NCBI GenBank assembly: GCA_051294905.1 | Contig: CM119372.1 | Coordinates: 10,728,001-10,788,000, forward strand | Origin: Botryllus schlosseri | Lineage: Eukaryota | Length of the DNA stretch: 60,000 bases | Reading direction: 5' to 3' | Shown: positions 28,340 to 41,700 of the stretch, one piece after another | Layout of the letters: each line of letters opens with the position of its first letter | How positions within the stretch are numbered: the stretch's first letter is position 1 | The notes under the pieces: generated by a model | Told to the model about the DNA's origin: nothing | Database searches by the model: none | What the model saw: the letters and a program-made list of their open reading frames with translations, nothing else | Position numbers and translations under genes: made by a program

Positions 28340-31290
28340 CTACTGTCTCGGGTCTGTGGGTAAGGGTTTGTATAGTATTGATCCGGGTACACTGTAAGGG
28401 TTCCGGCAATGTACATCTTGTAGATTGGCGTAGCATGGGAAATATCGTGTCGATCGCTGGAGTGATGCCCACGGCCGTTTGACAGAGTACTTATGGAGTG
28501 CTGGCGGCCTCCATTCTTGGCAGGTGTAGTCAGGGGCGATGCAAGCTTTCGGAAGGGGTCTAGGTCGAGAATGTTCGCGCAAGGACCGTTGCTGGTTGAG
28601 TACCGATCCACCGCCTTTAGTCGCAGGAGCACTTGATGAGGACCGTCTTCGTTGTCTGGTATCGCCTTCTCCCGGCCCCAGTTCTTTCCAATTGTCGTTA
28701 CTGGAAGTTGAGCCGAGCGAGATGATAGGTTCGCTGCAACGTCTGTTTCTTGCTAGATTCTGTGAGGTTATGTCGACGAGGCTTTCCAAAGCGGAACTGG
28801 ATCGTGCGGTCTGCGTAACCTTCCGCGCAGTTGGACCCGAAGGCGACTGGCGTAACATTCTTGAGATATGTCTTAGCCCGATTGACACGTCAGGACCCCT
28901 AAATAGTAATTTATAAGTGTGTAGTGTGTACTCGAGAAGAAATCAACTATATCCGCTAAGGGATGCGGGTAAATCACATGCTGATAACTGGTTCTTGCCT
29001 CTCCACTTACTTTTGTTAAACGAGGATTGTGACGTGACTATATTCGTAGGCGGTGTCGCTCTCATTCATCATCAGCACGGGCTTGGCAATATATAGGCTT
29101 ATGGGCTTTGGCTTCAACGCAATCCTACGCTGCTAATGTACATTCGAATTTTCGCCCACACTGGACGGGTATCGGTGAGAACAATTATTCTTGTGTTTAA
29201 GCTATTTACAATTCTGTAGTCTATTACTTGTACCACGGTCCTACTACTGTTGTGTGGCTGCGTACAAGTGTAGGCTGCAAAACCGTTGTTCTGGAGCAGA
29301 GTCTGGTAATCTGTAGGTTACCGTTGTGGCGTACCACCAACTCTCAAAATGGCACATTTAAATCAATTGCTCATGCTCATTGGTCCCAAATTTATGTTCG
29401 CAAGAACCTCTTTCTAGAGAAATTCCCGTTATCATCTGTAGCTTTCATTTATTATGATTTTAAATGAATTGATGGCCTACCAGCTATCGCAAAACCAAAC
29501 GCAGCAAATTACAGCGTAGGGTAGACCCGTTATCTGCTCAACCATATGACCTTGATCCCAACCAATTCTGATGGCCCGACTCTAGACGTTTTCCCTATCC
29601 ACATCCAGGCATCCATATCGCTTGCATTATTGCTCACATTGTACAGGATTCCCATAACATACTTTCTTGCCATTAGGAGATGAAGCCCATATTACTCAGT
29701 TCTCTTAAGGGGCCTTCTCGCGCACTTCAGTTGTAGGCTTTTAACAGGCAAATAATCAGGATCAAAGTATACCGATTACCGTTACTTCCACTTACACACA
29801 TTTTATCTCCATATTAGAACCGAAATTAGTGACCGAACGATTGGTTCGTTGTTTATAAACCGGTGTGGCTGGCTTCACAATATACAATTACACATTTTAA
29901 GCAAGATATTAGGGTAATATGTGTGGCAACTGGCAATTAATCTTGTTCGTGGTCAATATGTGTAATAGTGATACCATTAATCCCTGTCAACGAGGAAGAA
30001 ACACCTATAACGATGCTGTTCACTGAAGTAACGGTATTAATTAACAGTCACTTTACGACTGCAACTGCAACAAAAATATTTCCAGCGCACGATCTGGAAA
30101 TAAGCTCTCACGTACCGCAGGTTGAGAACCACTGTTCCGGAGTATCTTTAACCCAGAACCACGTTGATCGACCGGTCTTGTTTTACTAAAGTTTCCGTTC
30201 GATTTCTAACTAGGGTTGCATTTAAGACGAAAATCAATTTAAAACAAACATGTTTAAAACTTTAAGGCACTTTGTTTAAAACATGTTTTTTTATTGTTTT
30301 TGTTTGTTTCAAGCCATGACGTCACAAATATTCGATTGTGACGTCATATTTGGGTTGACATTGACGATTGGAAATATAAGGTAAATATAACTAACTAAAA
30401 CTATTTTGAGGGTTCCAACCATCCCATATCGATATAAGTCTGCTATATCGGGTCTGTAGGCTCATACAACATTTATTGTGGAAAGTATTTACACAATTAT
30501 GGCATAATTTTACAACTTAAAAAAACACGATTTTTTTAAAAGGCCTTCGTTTGAAACACTGTTTTAAATGCAACCCTATTGCCAACGCATTGACGCTACT
30601 TGGGTGTAATTACCTCTGTATAGCGTTACTGTAGCATACGTAGCATTACCTATGAGTGCATTCGGCACTTGAGACCCGAAACTTTCCTAAAGACCGGTAC
30701 GCGTCGGTATCCCAAGATTTACCCGAACCCCCTCGTTCTAGGGTTAGAGGTAGACCGTGCGTGGCTGGCAACATTTGTTTTGCTCGCTGCATAAGAATAC
30801 TGCGTCCATTCCTCGAGGCTTGTTCTAGTGAGTTATGTCCGTCTTCTGGTCGCGTCGTGCACACTGCAAAAACCAAATGTATATCTTCAAAATCAATCAA
30901 TCTCTGCAGTTAAAATTTGGCCGAACGCTTACTTTCTGAAAATGTCTTTCCGGAATCTTTTGATGGTATCGATATCGTGCTCGTTACCCTAGAAATTGAC
31001 GATCTAGCGCTTAGAACACGAGATGATTTATTCGAACGATTGCTGTGAGAGCTCATGGTTCTGCGGCCCTCCCCATTGCTGTTTGTTACTTCATAATTGG
31101 TGAATTGTTTTTTGTTTCCCATTACTCTGGACTGTTTCGAAGAAGGCCTATGCAACTTGCAGTTGATCCATGTAGGCTGATCGCGGGTAGCATACCTTTT
31201 CCTTGAATACCCGATATTTACGAGGTTCTCGGACTTCACACTATTTTCAGCCTCTGTCCACCGCACACTTCTCTCGCCAGAATCCTCCAT
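28340..31290 (-). CDS. Uncharacterised Ser/Arg-rich protein, ~376 aa, 3 exons
   Basis: Exons 31290-30933, 30863-30650 and 28898-28340 join through canonical GT-AG introns into one open frame (MEDSGERSVRW...KTFSEMCTTRPEDG...ECTHRGPDVSIGLRH...YKPLPTDPRQ*). I recognise no family. Confidence 0.72.
30211..30578. mobile_element. MITE, TAGGGTTGCATTTAA family
   Basis: TIRs tagggttgcatttaa / ttaaatgcaacccta. Homologous to 1372-1848. Confidence 0.8.
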
Positions 31291-32790
31291 GTTCACTTTA
31301 GTACCAAAGTTTTGAAATGATATAGCCTATCCTCACGTCCTAATTATAAATCCTGGGAAGAGATCCCCTCAACAGCTGAAGTGCTCGTTGCTTTAGTGAA
31401 CTCAATAGCCATCTGTAAAAACTGTCCTACTATTTGATTGTCTAGCGACGTCGCCGAAACAAAAGCCTTCAATGGGAGCGTTCTGAATGGGTGAAAAGGT
31501 TTCTTTCGTAATGTGTGATGCCTTATTATGTTCTTACATCGGCGTGGTTTAAGACATGCGATAGCCACGCTGTGTAGGATTTTTTATTGTTAATGTATGA
31601 GAATATTCCCGCCTTTGAATAGAATCGTCGTAATCACAGAATAAATATTTCGATGGGATTATTTTCGGCCGCAGATGTTTGACCTGTTTTGTTACACGAT
31701 CTCAACACTGCTATTACACGAAGGAATAATACGCTGAACCATGTTAGGTCATGTCGGGTAGGTTTAGGGAAGAAGTCGACGCTTCTGAGAGGGATCGAGA
31801 TAATGACCAAGTAATTACGATGCCGTTATTTTCGGCTCGTCAAGCCCCATTGTTCGCCTCCTTATCTAAACGTTGTTGCTCGTTAAATGTGTCTTTGACT
31901 GCTTGTGAGTTCAAGGAATTTCAGTATTGACCGACCCATTACATCGTCTGTGACCCGTAATAACTCCTCGTGTGTAGTTTGAATGGCTGGACTGTTTCAT
32001 GAATGTTCGAAATGTTGCCACTCACTTTGTACCATAGTGCGGACGTCCCTACAAAATAACTGGGCAGTTTTCAAAATAGCTTCAACCTACCAAACTATTT
32101 TTTATTAACGAAAATATCTTGGAGACATGGAAAGCCACACCACATGGTGTTCTTTTGTTGACAAATATACAGTCACACCAAAATGAAACATATAGAAAAT
32201 TCATGATAATCTCTGCTCTGCATTCGAAAGGCTTCTATTTCCATATAGATTTGAAATTACGAGGCGGTTACATATCCGCGGCTGGCAATTGTATCCACAA
32301 GTGACGAACCGACCGGCGGACTGCAGTTTGGAATATAGGCCGGTACTCGGTCACAGATTGGCACTGACTGACGATCGATTCTTGAACTGGTAAACATTGA
32401 TACATTGCAACATAAGATTTTGTGATATACTCATTACTCTTCTCCTTGGAAATACTGACCATTGTATCGCGCACGGGAAAGATTGAGCGTTTGTGCTAGT
32501 CTTAGTGCTGCAATCTCGAAATCTTGTATTCCAACACTCGCCCGAGCAATTCTTGTTCTTTCCCTTCCACTTCAGCCTTCTCTCTCGGCAATTTAGTCAG
32601 TTCCAGTTTCATTTTTAAAAGCTGAGCCTTCACGAAGACGCCTTCGTCGCGGTGCTTCTGTTTAAATAACAGTAAGACTGGTTTTAGTCGGGGTAAATGC
32701 GGCATATGAGTTCATTACTTTGTCGGTCAAACTAATTGTCCGAGTTTCGCTTGCCGGCGACGCGTCTGTCACCGTCTCGCTACGTTGAGG

Positions 32791-35700
32791 CTAGTGGGTG
32801 AAATACACATCTCCAGTCAATCTAGTCACCAGCGACGGCATTTGTTTCTTTTTGTTGTAGAGCGGGTTCGAAACGTTGGACTCAAAGTCGTAAGCTACCA
32901 TGCGATTGACTCTGGTCATGATCTAGAACCACAATTGCATGATAATGACATTCATGAGATCTTGCGAATTGTGTGTATATTGTGAACTTCACTGTCCAGT
33001 GCCCAGTATGGTATGGTATGGAAGTTTGCCCAGTGTGGTATGGAATTGTTTTTCCATTCTTCCATACTATTTCCCTACTTTGACAGTTTTGCCAAAACCG
33101 TGACATTGATCCTACTTTCGATTTGTCAAATTGATTGCGAACCTCAGAAAATCGCTCACTGTCTATGTTCACATCTCCAATTGAAATTCATGACTCGCCC
33201 ATCCCGGTCGACATCTATTTGAAGACAACAAAGTTGCTCAACGCGCATATGAAGGAAAATAATATTAGTGATAATTATTCCAATCTAAATATCATAAAAA
33301 CGAATGATATTCGACCGCTGACGCGTCACAACTTGCATTTCGTAATTCGTAAATCGACCTCGCCTTCCGCCACATGCAACCTCATTTTGTCGCTTGCGTC
33401 TTATATTCTCTGCATTACTTTTCATTCATTATTCATGCCCCTTCTTTACTTCGCCCAGGCCAAGTTGGGCGTCTGATCTTAAAGACTACTCCAAGTTGTT
33501 TCGACAGCACCTTCCAATCTTTTCATTGTATCGCAGTTTTGTGGTGTTTTGAAATGATGAAAATAATAATAAAACTGATTGATTGATTGATTTCGTCCTC
33601 CTTTCCTTCCACTCCGTTAACTACCAAGGAAGCTTTAAAACCGTACACTCTGATAATGTAGAAGCTACATGAATATTGTAATCAGTTTGTTGAACTTGGC
33701 AATAATTTTCTGCGCTTTGATAGGATGACCATCACGTAATATCTATTTGGTATAACCTTAATTATATTTCGATATGCCGGCCTCCAACACGCATTGTAAC
33801 TTGAAGAAACCTATTAATCTCTGATAAAAGAATGGTAACCATGATGCTGGCTAAGGAAGCTAATGAGTGTGACCCACATATTGGCTGAGAAAATTGACAT
33901 TTAATCCGCTGTCGCAAAATGATTGTAGCGATGTAGAATTATTTTCAAAGATATATTCTAATGTAGTGGATTCCAATTGGTGGGGAATTTAGGGGTTTCT
34001 GGTTGGGGGTAGACTCGTTTGTAAAAATACTTCTTTACATTACTAACCTCGTTATTATACGTCTTTATGAAATGCCTATCGTATCTCTCATATTTCTTAG
34101 CTCATTAGCAATTGAGCATTTCGTATTCATCAGTGCCTCCAATTAGCGAGAATCGATTGGGCCTATGTGTGTATTTGTATATAATATAAGTTCCGTCTTC
34201 GATGATTAGGAAACCTACATCGCTGACGTCATATGATATTTAAAGAAACTGGGATATCATTGGTGCACCAGGGCTGTATGGATAATTCCATCCAAAATAA
34301 TTAGAATATAAACGCCGGAACAGTGAGGTTCGCCAAGTTGCGAAAGTATGGAAAAAGTATCAAATATGGTATGGAAAAAGGCTATACTATGGTATGGAAG
34401 ATTGTGAAGTGTGGTTTGGAGTATGGAAAATTCCCATTCCATTCCATACCATATCATGCCCTGCTTAAATCACAATATTTAATAAATTCAGTGTAGATTT
34501 TAGACAACAACCTATATGTGCGGAAATGTAACGCCATCAATTGTTTTCATATTTTTGTGCAAAAAGTCAACTACTGACACTAAAATATATGTTTGTTCAT
34601 GTTCAAGGTCATTCCGTTGTTATTATATATAATGTACCCGTATACTCGGTTAAAGTATATTTCCTTATAACTATTGAAGGTAACTTTTCATTTTGGATCG
34701 TTTTTCGGTATAGTTCAGGAGCAGGCAAAATACGGCCCGGAACACCGTTTTGTGTAGCCCGCGAAAGACTCCAGAAAATACAATGTGTACAAAAAATTTT
34801 CCCATGACAATGACAAGTTATTGTTTTACTGTGATGTTTATTTTATTGCTGACCAATATAGTTGCATGATCTCAAGGCCCATGCATTTTCAAAGGTTTTA
34901 GTTGAGACAACAACACAGAAATTCGAAACGGAAATAACATAATTCGGATCATGAGTGTGATTTAAAATTGGCAACTCCAGCAATTTTGTTACTTTTATTA
35001 CTGTATTTGGGACACCGATTGGCGCGTAATAGATATGTCCTCGATATAGGTAGAAGTATTTTTATATTTAAATCAACTGTATATTGCAGAAGCGTATATC
35101 TAAGGTATCATAGTTATGATGCTGTCTGCATTATCTGTCCTGAAGGTAAACCAAAAGTAGAATCAGCAAATCTATGAACAGATCAGTGTTGCCAATTTAG
35201 CGATTTTCGCGCTAGATCTAGCGATTTTTCATCCGGTTTAGCGCCAAAAAATATGGATCTAGCGCCTAGCGATAAATCTAGCGATTTTTGAAAAAGTATT
35301 TAGCGATTATTTAGCGCTTTTTTACCGAAAATAACCACTAAAGATCAGTTCTGGCTGACGACTGCATTGGCCATACCGGTCACCAGAGTGCGGACTCCGA
35401 TGATATATAATTATAGATTACTATCTACTGATAGATAGTAGTAGATACGCAACTCCTGGCGGTTACGCATGGCCAAACAGTGTCTCTTCTTGCTGAGTAA
35501 TCTAAAAGTAGCATAGTTGGCAGTGCTACATCTGGCGACCTGAACGCTGAAATTTGATATAATTGGCCAATGGCCATGATCGAAAGATGTTGTCGCAGAC
35601 TCGCAGTGATTTCGAAAATACAAAATAAAATCTCGTCCGGACAATGGAACCATGCACCCCGAAACAGAGCTCAAAGTCTGAAAACCGGCATTATTGCTCC

Positions 35701-38700
35701 AACAATGGCACCGCCGCAACACAATGAACATAACGATGACCAACTTCGTCCAGCGATTGTTCTTATCAATGCCGATTTCCAGGCTTTGGGGGCTGTTTTG
35801 AGGTCGGTCCAATATCTGGCCATTCGTTTAAGACCAGATTAATTATATTTCATACACCGGGTCGGTCCTCGGATTATTTTCTTAAGGTCTCTACTTATAG
35901 CCGTTTCAATGTCGTGCTGTGTCGGGTCAAGTCGCATGTCGTGTACACGTGTGTCAAGTCGCATGTCGTGTTCAAGTAGGCCAACTCCAACACAGTTTAG
36001 AGAAGAAGTCAAGCGCATAACCACGGACCACGGTACATCGCATCACGTATTCACGGACGCATCGAGTAAGGCACGCTGATATAGTGAGCGGTTATGCCTG
36101 CAAACCTGGTCAGTGTTCACTGTTCACGTATAGCGATCGTTGCGCAAAGCGATCTGCTATCGAAATGCACTGCCGTTTTGTCCCGCTTAGATATGACTAT
36201 TACGTATTATGAACTAGAAATATGATAAGTGACTTTGGCCCCAGACGAGTAAAATATAGCTGAGAAGAATATATCGATATAATGGTTCAATTTAACACCT
36301 TTAGCACCTTTTGCAGATTTAGCGCTATTTTTTAGCGCTTTTTTCTCAATATTTAGCGCCATCTAGCGATTTTTGACACCAGTTTTAGCGATTTTCTTCC
36401 ATCCGGAGTTGGCAACACTGGAACAGATTGCTCCTCAACTGATTCAAATTTACATACGCTTCCAAGAATCGGCACAGCCGCCTTTCATCGCAAATTCTAC
36501 CAAATTCGTTATTGAGGATGTTAATGTTTCTGACGCGTGTAAGTTATCATTAAATTATTGTTTGATTGGTTCAAATATATACATAGATATCATCTCCATA
36601 TCATCTCCATAAAATCATTACACTTTGGCTAAGAATCCCAATTTAATATAGTGCGGCCCGCGAATGAATTCAGATGTTGAATGCGTCATGCGAGCTGAAA
36701 AACCTACACTATTGCTTGTACAGTGTGCAGGTGTCTATATACGTAAAAGTACATATTTTATGCAAAATTATTGGTTATAATGTTAGTCATGAGTCATGAC
36801 AATTTATGGATCCGTGCTGACAGGGTTCTCTGATTAAAAAAGGCTAGGAACGACTACTGTTTTTACGTGTCCTAATCAGGCCTAAAAGTGCACATTCTCA
36901 CGCATGCAAGGAGATCCACTATTATTGTGCTGCGAACTTGAAGCCCATTCCGGCCATTCCCATTAACCTACCTGCATCAACTCCAATTCTTTGCCGAATT
37001 TCCTCAAACAGTAGCATAATGCCTGAATGAACCATGAACCGTCTTCGCCATTTCTCCACGCGTAGTACCCTGAACATATGGCATACTTTCAATTACATGT
37101 GTTGCCTACAAGCAGTGATTCTGTTGTGGCACGTTCCGCGGGGCCGCGACCGGCGAATGTGAAGTGATACGCGATTACATACCACTATTTTACATACAAT
37201 ATTGCGAAAATGTCAACAATATCCGTGCTGTCTCATTTTGCGTGCGCACTGCGTATCCGAACAAAAATCGATTCTACAGCTGCGGCATATGCAGTGCAGA
37301 AATATTTTTACGCTGGTGAATGTCTGAGGCCGGAAAAGCTGGAGGTGCGGGTCTATGTATTTCTACGCGAAAATGGAATTGGCATAATGAATTAGAATAT
37401 TTTAAATACTCTCACTCAAGGATGCACGCACGTTAAGAAGACAAAGTTGGGATAAACTATGCGACTATAATATATGATTGACCCTAATAGATTCCGTCAA
37501 TTTTTTGGTCATAGGCCACAAGACAACAACAATCATGATATATCACACCGTAAGGACAGCAAGCCCACAATCTACCCGCCCCCTCGACTATACGCCATGT
37601 GTGCAAGAAGCGACACGGTAATCTGGTTTACCTTCGACTGTAGAGTATCCTATAAAAAAATCCGCCTCCAAGGGAATTGATGCGCCGGCGTTGCCACCGG
37701 AGTCTTCGAATACTTCGGAATCTGCGCTTGCGGCTGATGTTCCATGATCAAATTCTCTTCCCCTGCAGGCCTATAGGGTAGAGCAGGAATGCCAAACATA
37801 AGGACCTTTTCACCCGGTCGGAAATGCAATGCTTAGTAAACGTCAAAATGCTTTTATTTTTAAGCACATTTCTCTAAAAAGTTGAGATAATTAATGAAGA
37901 TTACTGTCAAGTTAATAATCCCCCAAGACAAGAAATGCCGAACAGCATGTTCACTGTTCATGCTCATTTGCCACATTATACCCGCCAGGTGGCAATCATG
38001 CATCTTCACGGCAATGTCCACCACAAGACTGACATACTGACATCAATTTGTAAATCTACTAATTCCATTGTTTGTGAATGAAGGTATAGCTCAGTGGTTC
38101 CCAACGTGGGCGATTTGGCGGTCCAGGGGGGCGAAAATGACGAAGGGGGCGATAGGCGTGATTACAGTTTGTATGCCCAATTTTCGGTACAAAATATTTT
38201 GGGGGCGATGATCGGTGTTGAGCTTGAAAAGGGGGCGATGGGTCGAAAAAGGTTGGGAACCACTGGTATAGCTAGACTAGATTCTTAATATTATTTATCA
38301 TGTATAGGCCTGATAATGACGCATTCCACTGAACAACAAAGGTATTGATCGGCGGTCACATTTTGCCATCATTTGGCTTGTCCGGACCGCAAGCGATTTG
38401 AATCTGTCCCGCAACTGAAATTAAGTTGACATAGCCTACCTGAGGTAGAGTGTCATATGTTTCACGTGCAAATAGTGAGTTTCCAGGCAAGTCAAAATAC
38501 TACATGAAATGAAAAAAGCGATTGGAAATACACAAGCAACAGATTTTGACTTGTGAGTAGTGAGTACCCTCCAACAACCTTCAAAACTGCAAGACCTGTC
38601 TTTGAATAACACCGAAAAGCAATCGTGGTCTAAATTGTTGCACGCGGACTCACCTGCACGAAGAATAACTTCGGTTTTCCCTTCAGTGATGCACTCTTCT

Positions 38701-41700
38701 TGAACGGGGATAATATATCTTGGATGGAATATTTTTGATCTTTTGCGTAAAGTACGTCTCCACTGTCACCGTGAGTCAGTATCGCACAGGCGAAGCAATC
38801 ACAGTCTGTGTAGTCGATATCGGCATCTACGAGAGTTAAAATTAAAATGCAATACCGGTGAATGTGAAAATGGATAATTCTGATACGAAGGCGTTAGAAC
38901 TAACACTGTTTTACTGCCATCAGAAGTGCTCGTGCTGTAAGGTTGTCATGCTTGAATACTGTAAATCCCAACTCTCTTGCAGTCTCAAATAAATTGTCCC
39001 GGTCTGTGTCCGTGCCCGTACGCTCCCTTGCAGTAAGAGACGTGGAAAATTTCTGTTGATGAGATTCGCTTTGTTGAGTCACGCTGCCTGCGCTCAATAA
39101 GGTGTATTATTGGGTGTAGTGCAGAGATGAGCATGGATTAGGAGTAGGATTTGGAAAAACCGGATTTGTGAAATTTTGTCGGATTAGGATTGAATTAGGA
39201 TTTGAGATATTTTAAAAAATGGATTAGGACTAGGATTGGATTCACCGATTTTCGGGGAGATTGATGTACGGTAGCAAATGGCGACGAAGTTTTTCGTCCT
39301 ACCACGATTTTATATAGTTTGCAAAGTTATTATCTCAGGTACTTTCGCACTCACTCATTGTTTCATTTCTATTTAGAGAATGTAGGCTATAAGTGGAATT
39401 CCAAGTATGAATCGGATTAGGATCAGGATTAAGATTTGAATATACAAAAGTTATTGATTCGGATTAGGATTGGGATTTTAAGCTTTGGATTTGGATTGGG
39501 TTAGGACATAGCAATTTCAAATTCGCTCATCTCTGGTGTAGTGTGCAGTGTGCAGTATAGATCCGGAGTGGATGTTGACCGGATTTTATAGATTTTTACC
39601 TGAACCGGATTGGAGCCCGAGTCACCGTTTTGGTAGTGGGAATTAGATCGTAGCCAGAGAGGTGTTCTTGATGGAATGAATGTCCATTTATGCATTTTTA
39701 ATTATATTTCATTCAGTGTGCATATAGAACTACGAGACACAATGTGACACAATTGTTATATTTTAAGGGGATTAGCTATAGTCGACAGCACTATTTTTCA
39801 GACGGCTATCCCCGTCATCATTATCATCATGCCCCATAATGTCTGCGGATGGACCTCGCCAGCAGTTCGTTTCTGTAATTACAAGTGTGTTGGTCCAGCC
39901 GCCGTGTACTGAGTTGCTTTTCGGTAGGAGCCGTGTATTTTCTTATAATAATATTCCTTTCTACAGACGAACTGGCCGTTACTTCATTACTGGGAGTTGA
40001 CCTGCCTCTGCCCCACTCATTTATGCGCGTCTTTACCTTATGGTTGAATATTACAAAGATCCCACGATCTTTATGACTCATGTTGTATTGAAAGAATTTG
40101 TCCGACTTCGTCTCTTTGTGTGACTTACTCTTGCTGGCAACCCCATCGTCATCTTCGCCCTTTTCGACACTGCGAGTGATCCATTCAATACAGAGCGATA
40201 CAATGGTATTCTATATGTCAGGGGTATCAAACTAATTTTGGTCCGCGGGCCGAATTCAAACCTTTTGATCGCCTGCGGGCTGGACCAATCAAATTATCTC
40301 AAAGTCTGTGTATTTACTTTGCACTGGAATCCTAGCCTGTATATATTATACAGTATAGGCCTACATTATATTGCGGGTTATTGGGCAACGCTTTTATTCA
40401 TAAAAATGGTAGTGGCCAAAATACGATAATTGGCCGATTGAAGGCAGTTAAAAACCTCTCAAATGATGGATCTAACGACGGCATAACTTCGCATATCTTT
40501 ATGCCCCCTTTGTTTTAGTCGTGGTCCGACGTTGGCCCGGGCATGCATTGTGAGGAAGATAGTAGGGATGGTGTGAACCTCTGAAAGGTTCAGGCAGACT
40601 TGGACAACTAAACAAATTTCAGCTTTTTTAAAATTAGATTAGAATTAGTATAAGAGCATAAAAAACATTTCACAAATTAGATTAGAATTATATTACTTGC
40701 ATTTCTCTCTAATATAGTGAAATTAGACAGCTAGAATTATCTAGTTGTCCAAGTCTGGGTTCAGGTTCGTGTGATCGCGAACCTTTTTGAAAGGTTCTGT
40801 ACGAACGCGAACGTGAACCTCATGACGTCACGTGACGTCATATTGCTAATTCCAACCCTACATTTCAGTGAAGTGAATGATGTGATGTGATGTACTATCG
40901 TAATATGCATCATGACATCGTAAAAACTGTCGCGTTACACTTTTGCAACTAACGGAAATTTGACGTGCCACAATTATAGGTAGAATATTTTAGAATTTAA
41001 CAAGATAGCGTAGTGGTATAATCCACAGCTGCAACGCCAATGGGTTGTGGGTTCGAGTCCGACCGAGGTCGACTCCAGAATTACCACCCAAGTGTAGGAG
41101 GTTTATCTAGGCTCCTCCTCGCCACCTCATCCGCGTAAGCGATGTCGTATAAAAGCCTGGAAGTGGGCCATACTACAAGTCGGCAGTTACGGAATCAAAA
41201 AATAAGAAATACCGGCCTGGTGTAAATGACCAGTGTAGTCGACAAACACCATGAGTACCACAAACAAGGATTGATCTGATATAAGAGCATTTTAGCAGTG
41301 TAACCCAATGTAGGTTTCGGGCCAGACTTGGACAATTAGATAATTCTAGTTGTCTAATTTCACTAAATTAGAGCAAAATGCCAGTAATCTAATTCTAGTC
41401 TAATTTGTGAAACGTTTCGATGCTCTAATTCTAATTCTAATCTAATTTGTGAAATGTTCTTATGTTCTAATTCTAATTCTAATCTAATTTGTGAAATGTC
41501 CGTATTCTCTAATTCTAGTTCTAATATAATTATTGTTTTCGTGGAAATGCCTCTTTGACCGAGGCATACTGCACTATTGCAGTGAGTTAACAAAAATATC
41601 TCCTCTTGCGCAAGGAAATCCAGTGCTAAGCCGCCATCGCCGTACACCGCGCAGTCATAGTAGATATTATGACGAATAATAGCCTGCTAGAGTAGCTTGT

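Noticed and set aside
28539..28916. 125-aa plus-strand ORF
   Set aside because: It is the antisense shadow of the orphan gene's last exon.
39575..39665. tRNA-like sequence on the minus strand
   Set aside because: The boxes are too degenerate to call; at best an old SINE remnant.
41004..41075. Functional tRNA gene
   Set aside because: It has A and B boxes but no proper acceptor stem or terminator, and it continues into a body repeated elsewhere, so it is a SINE head.
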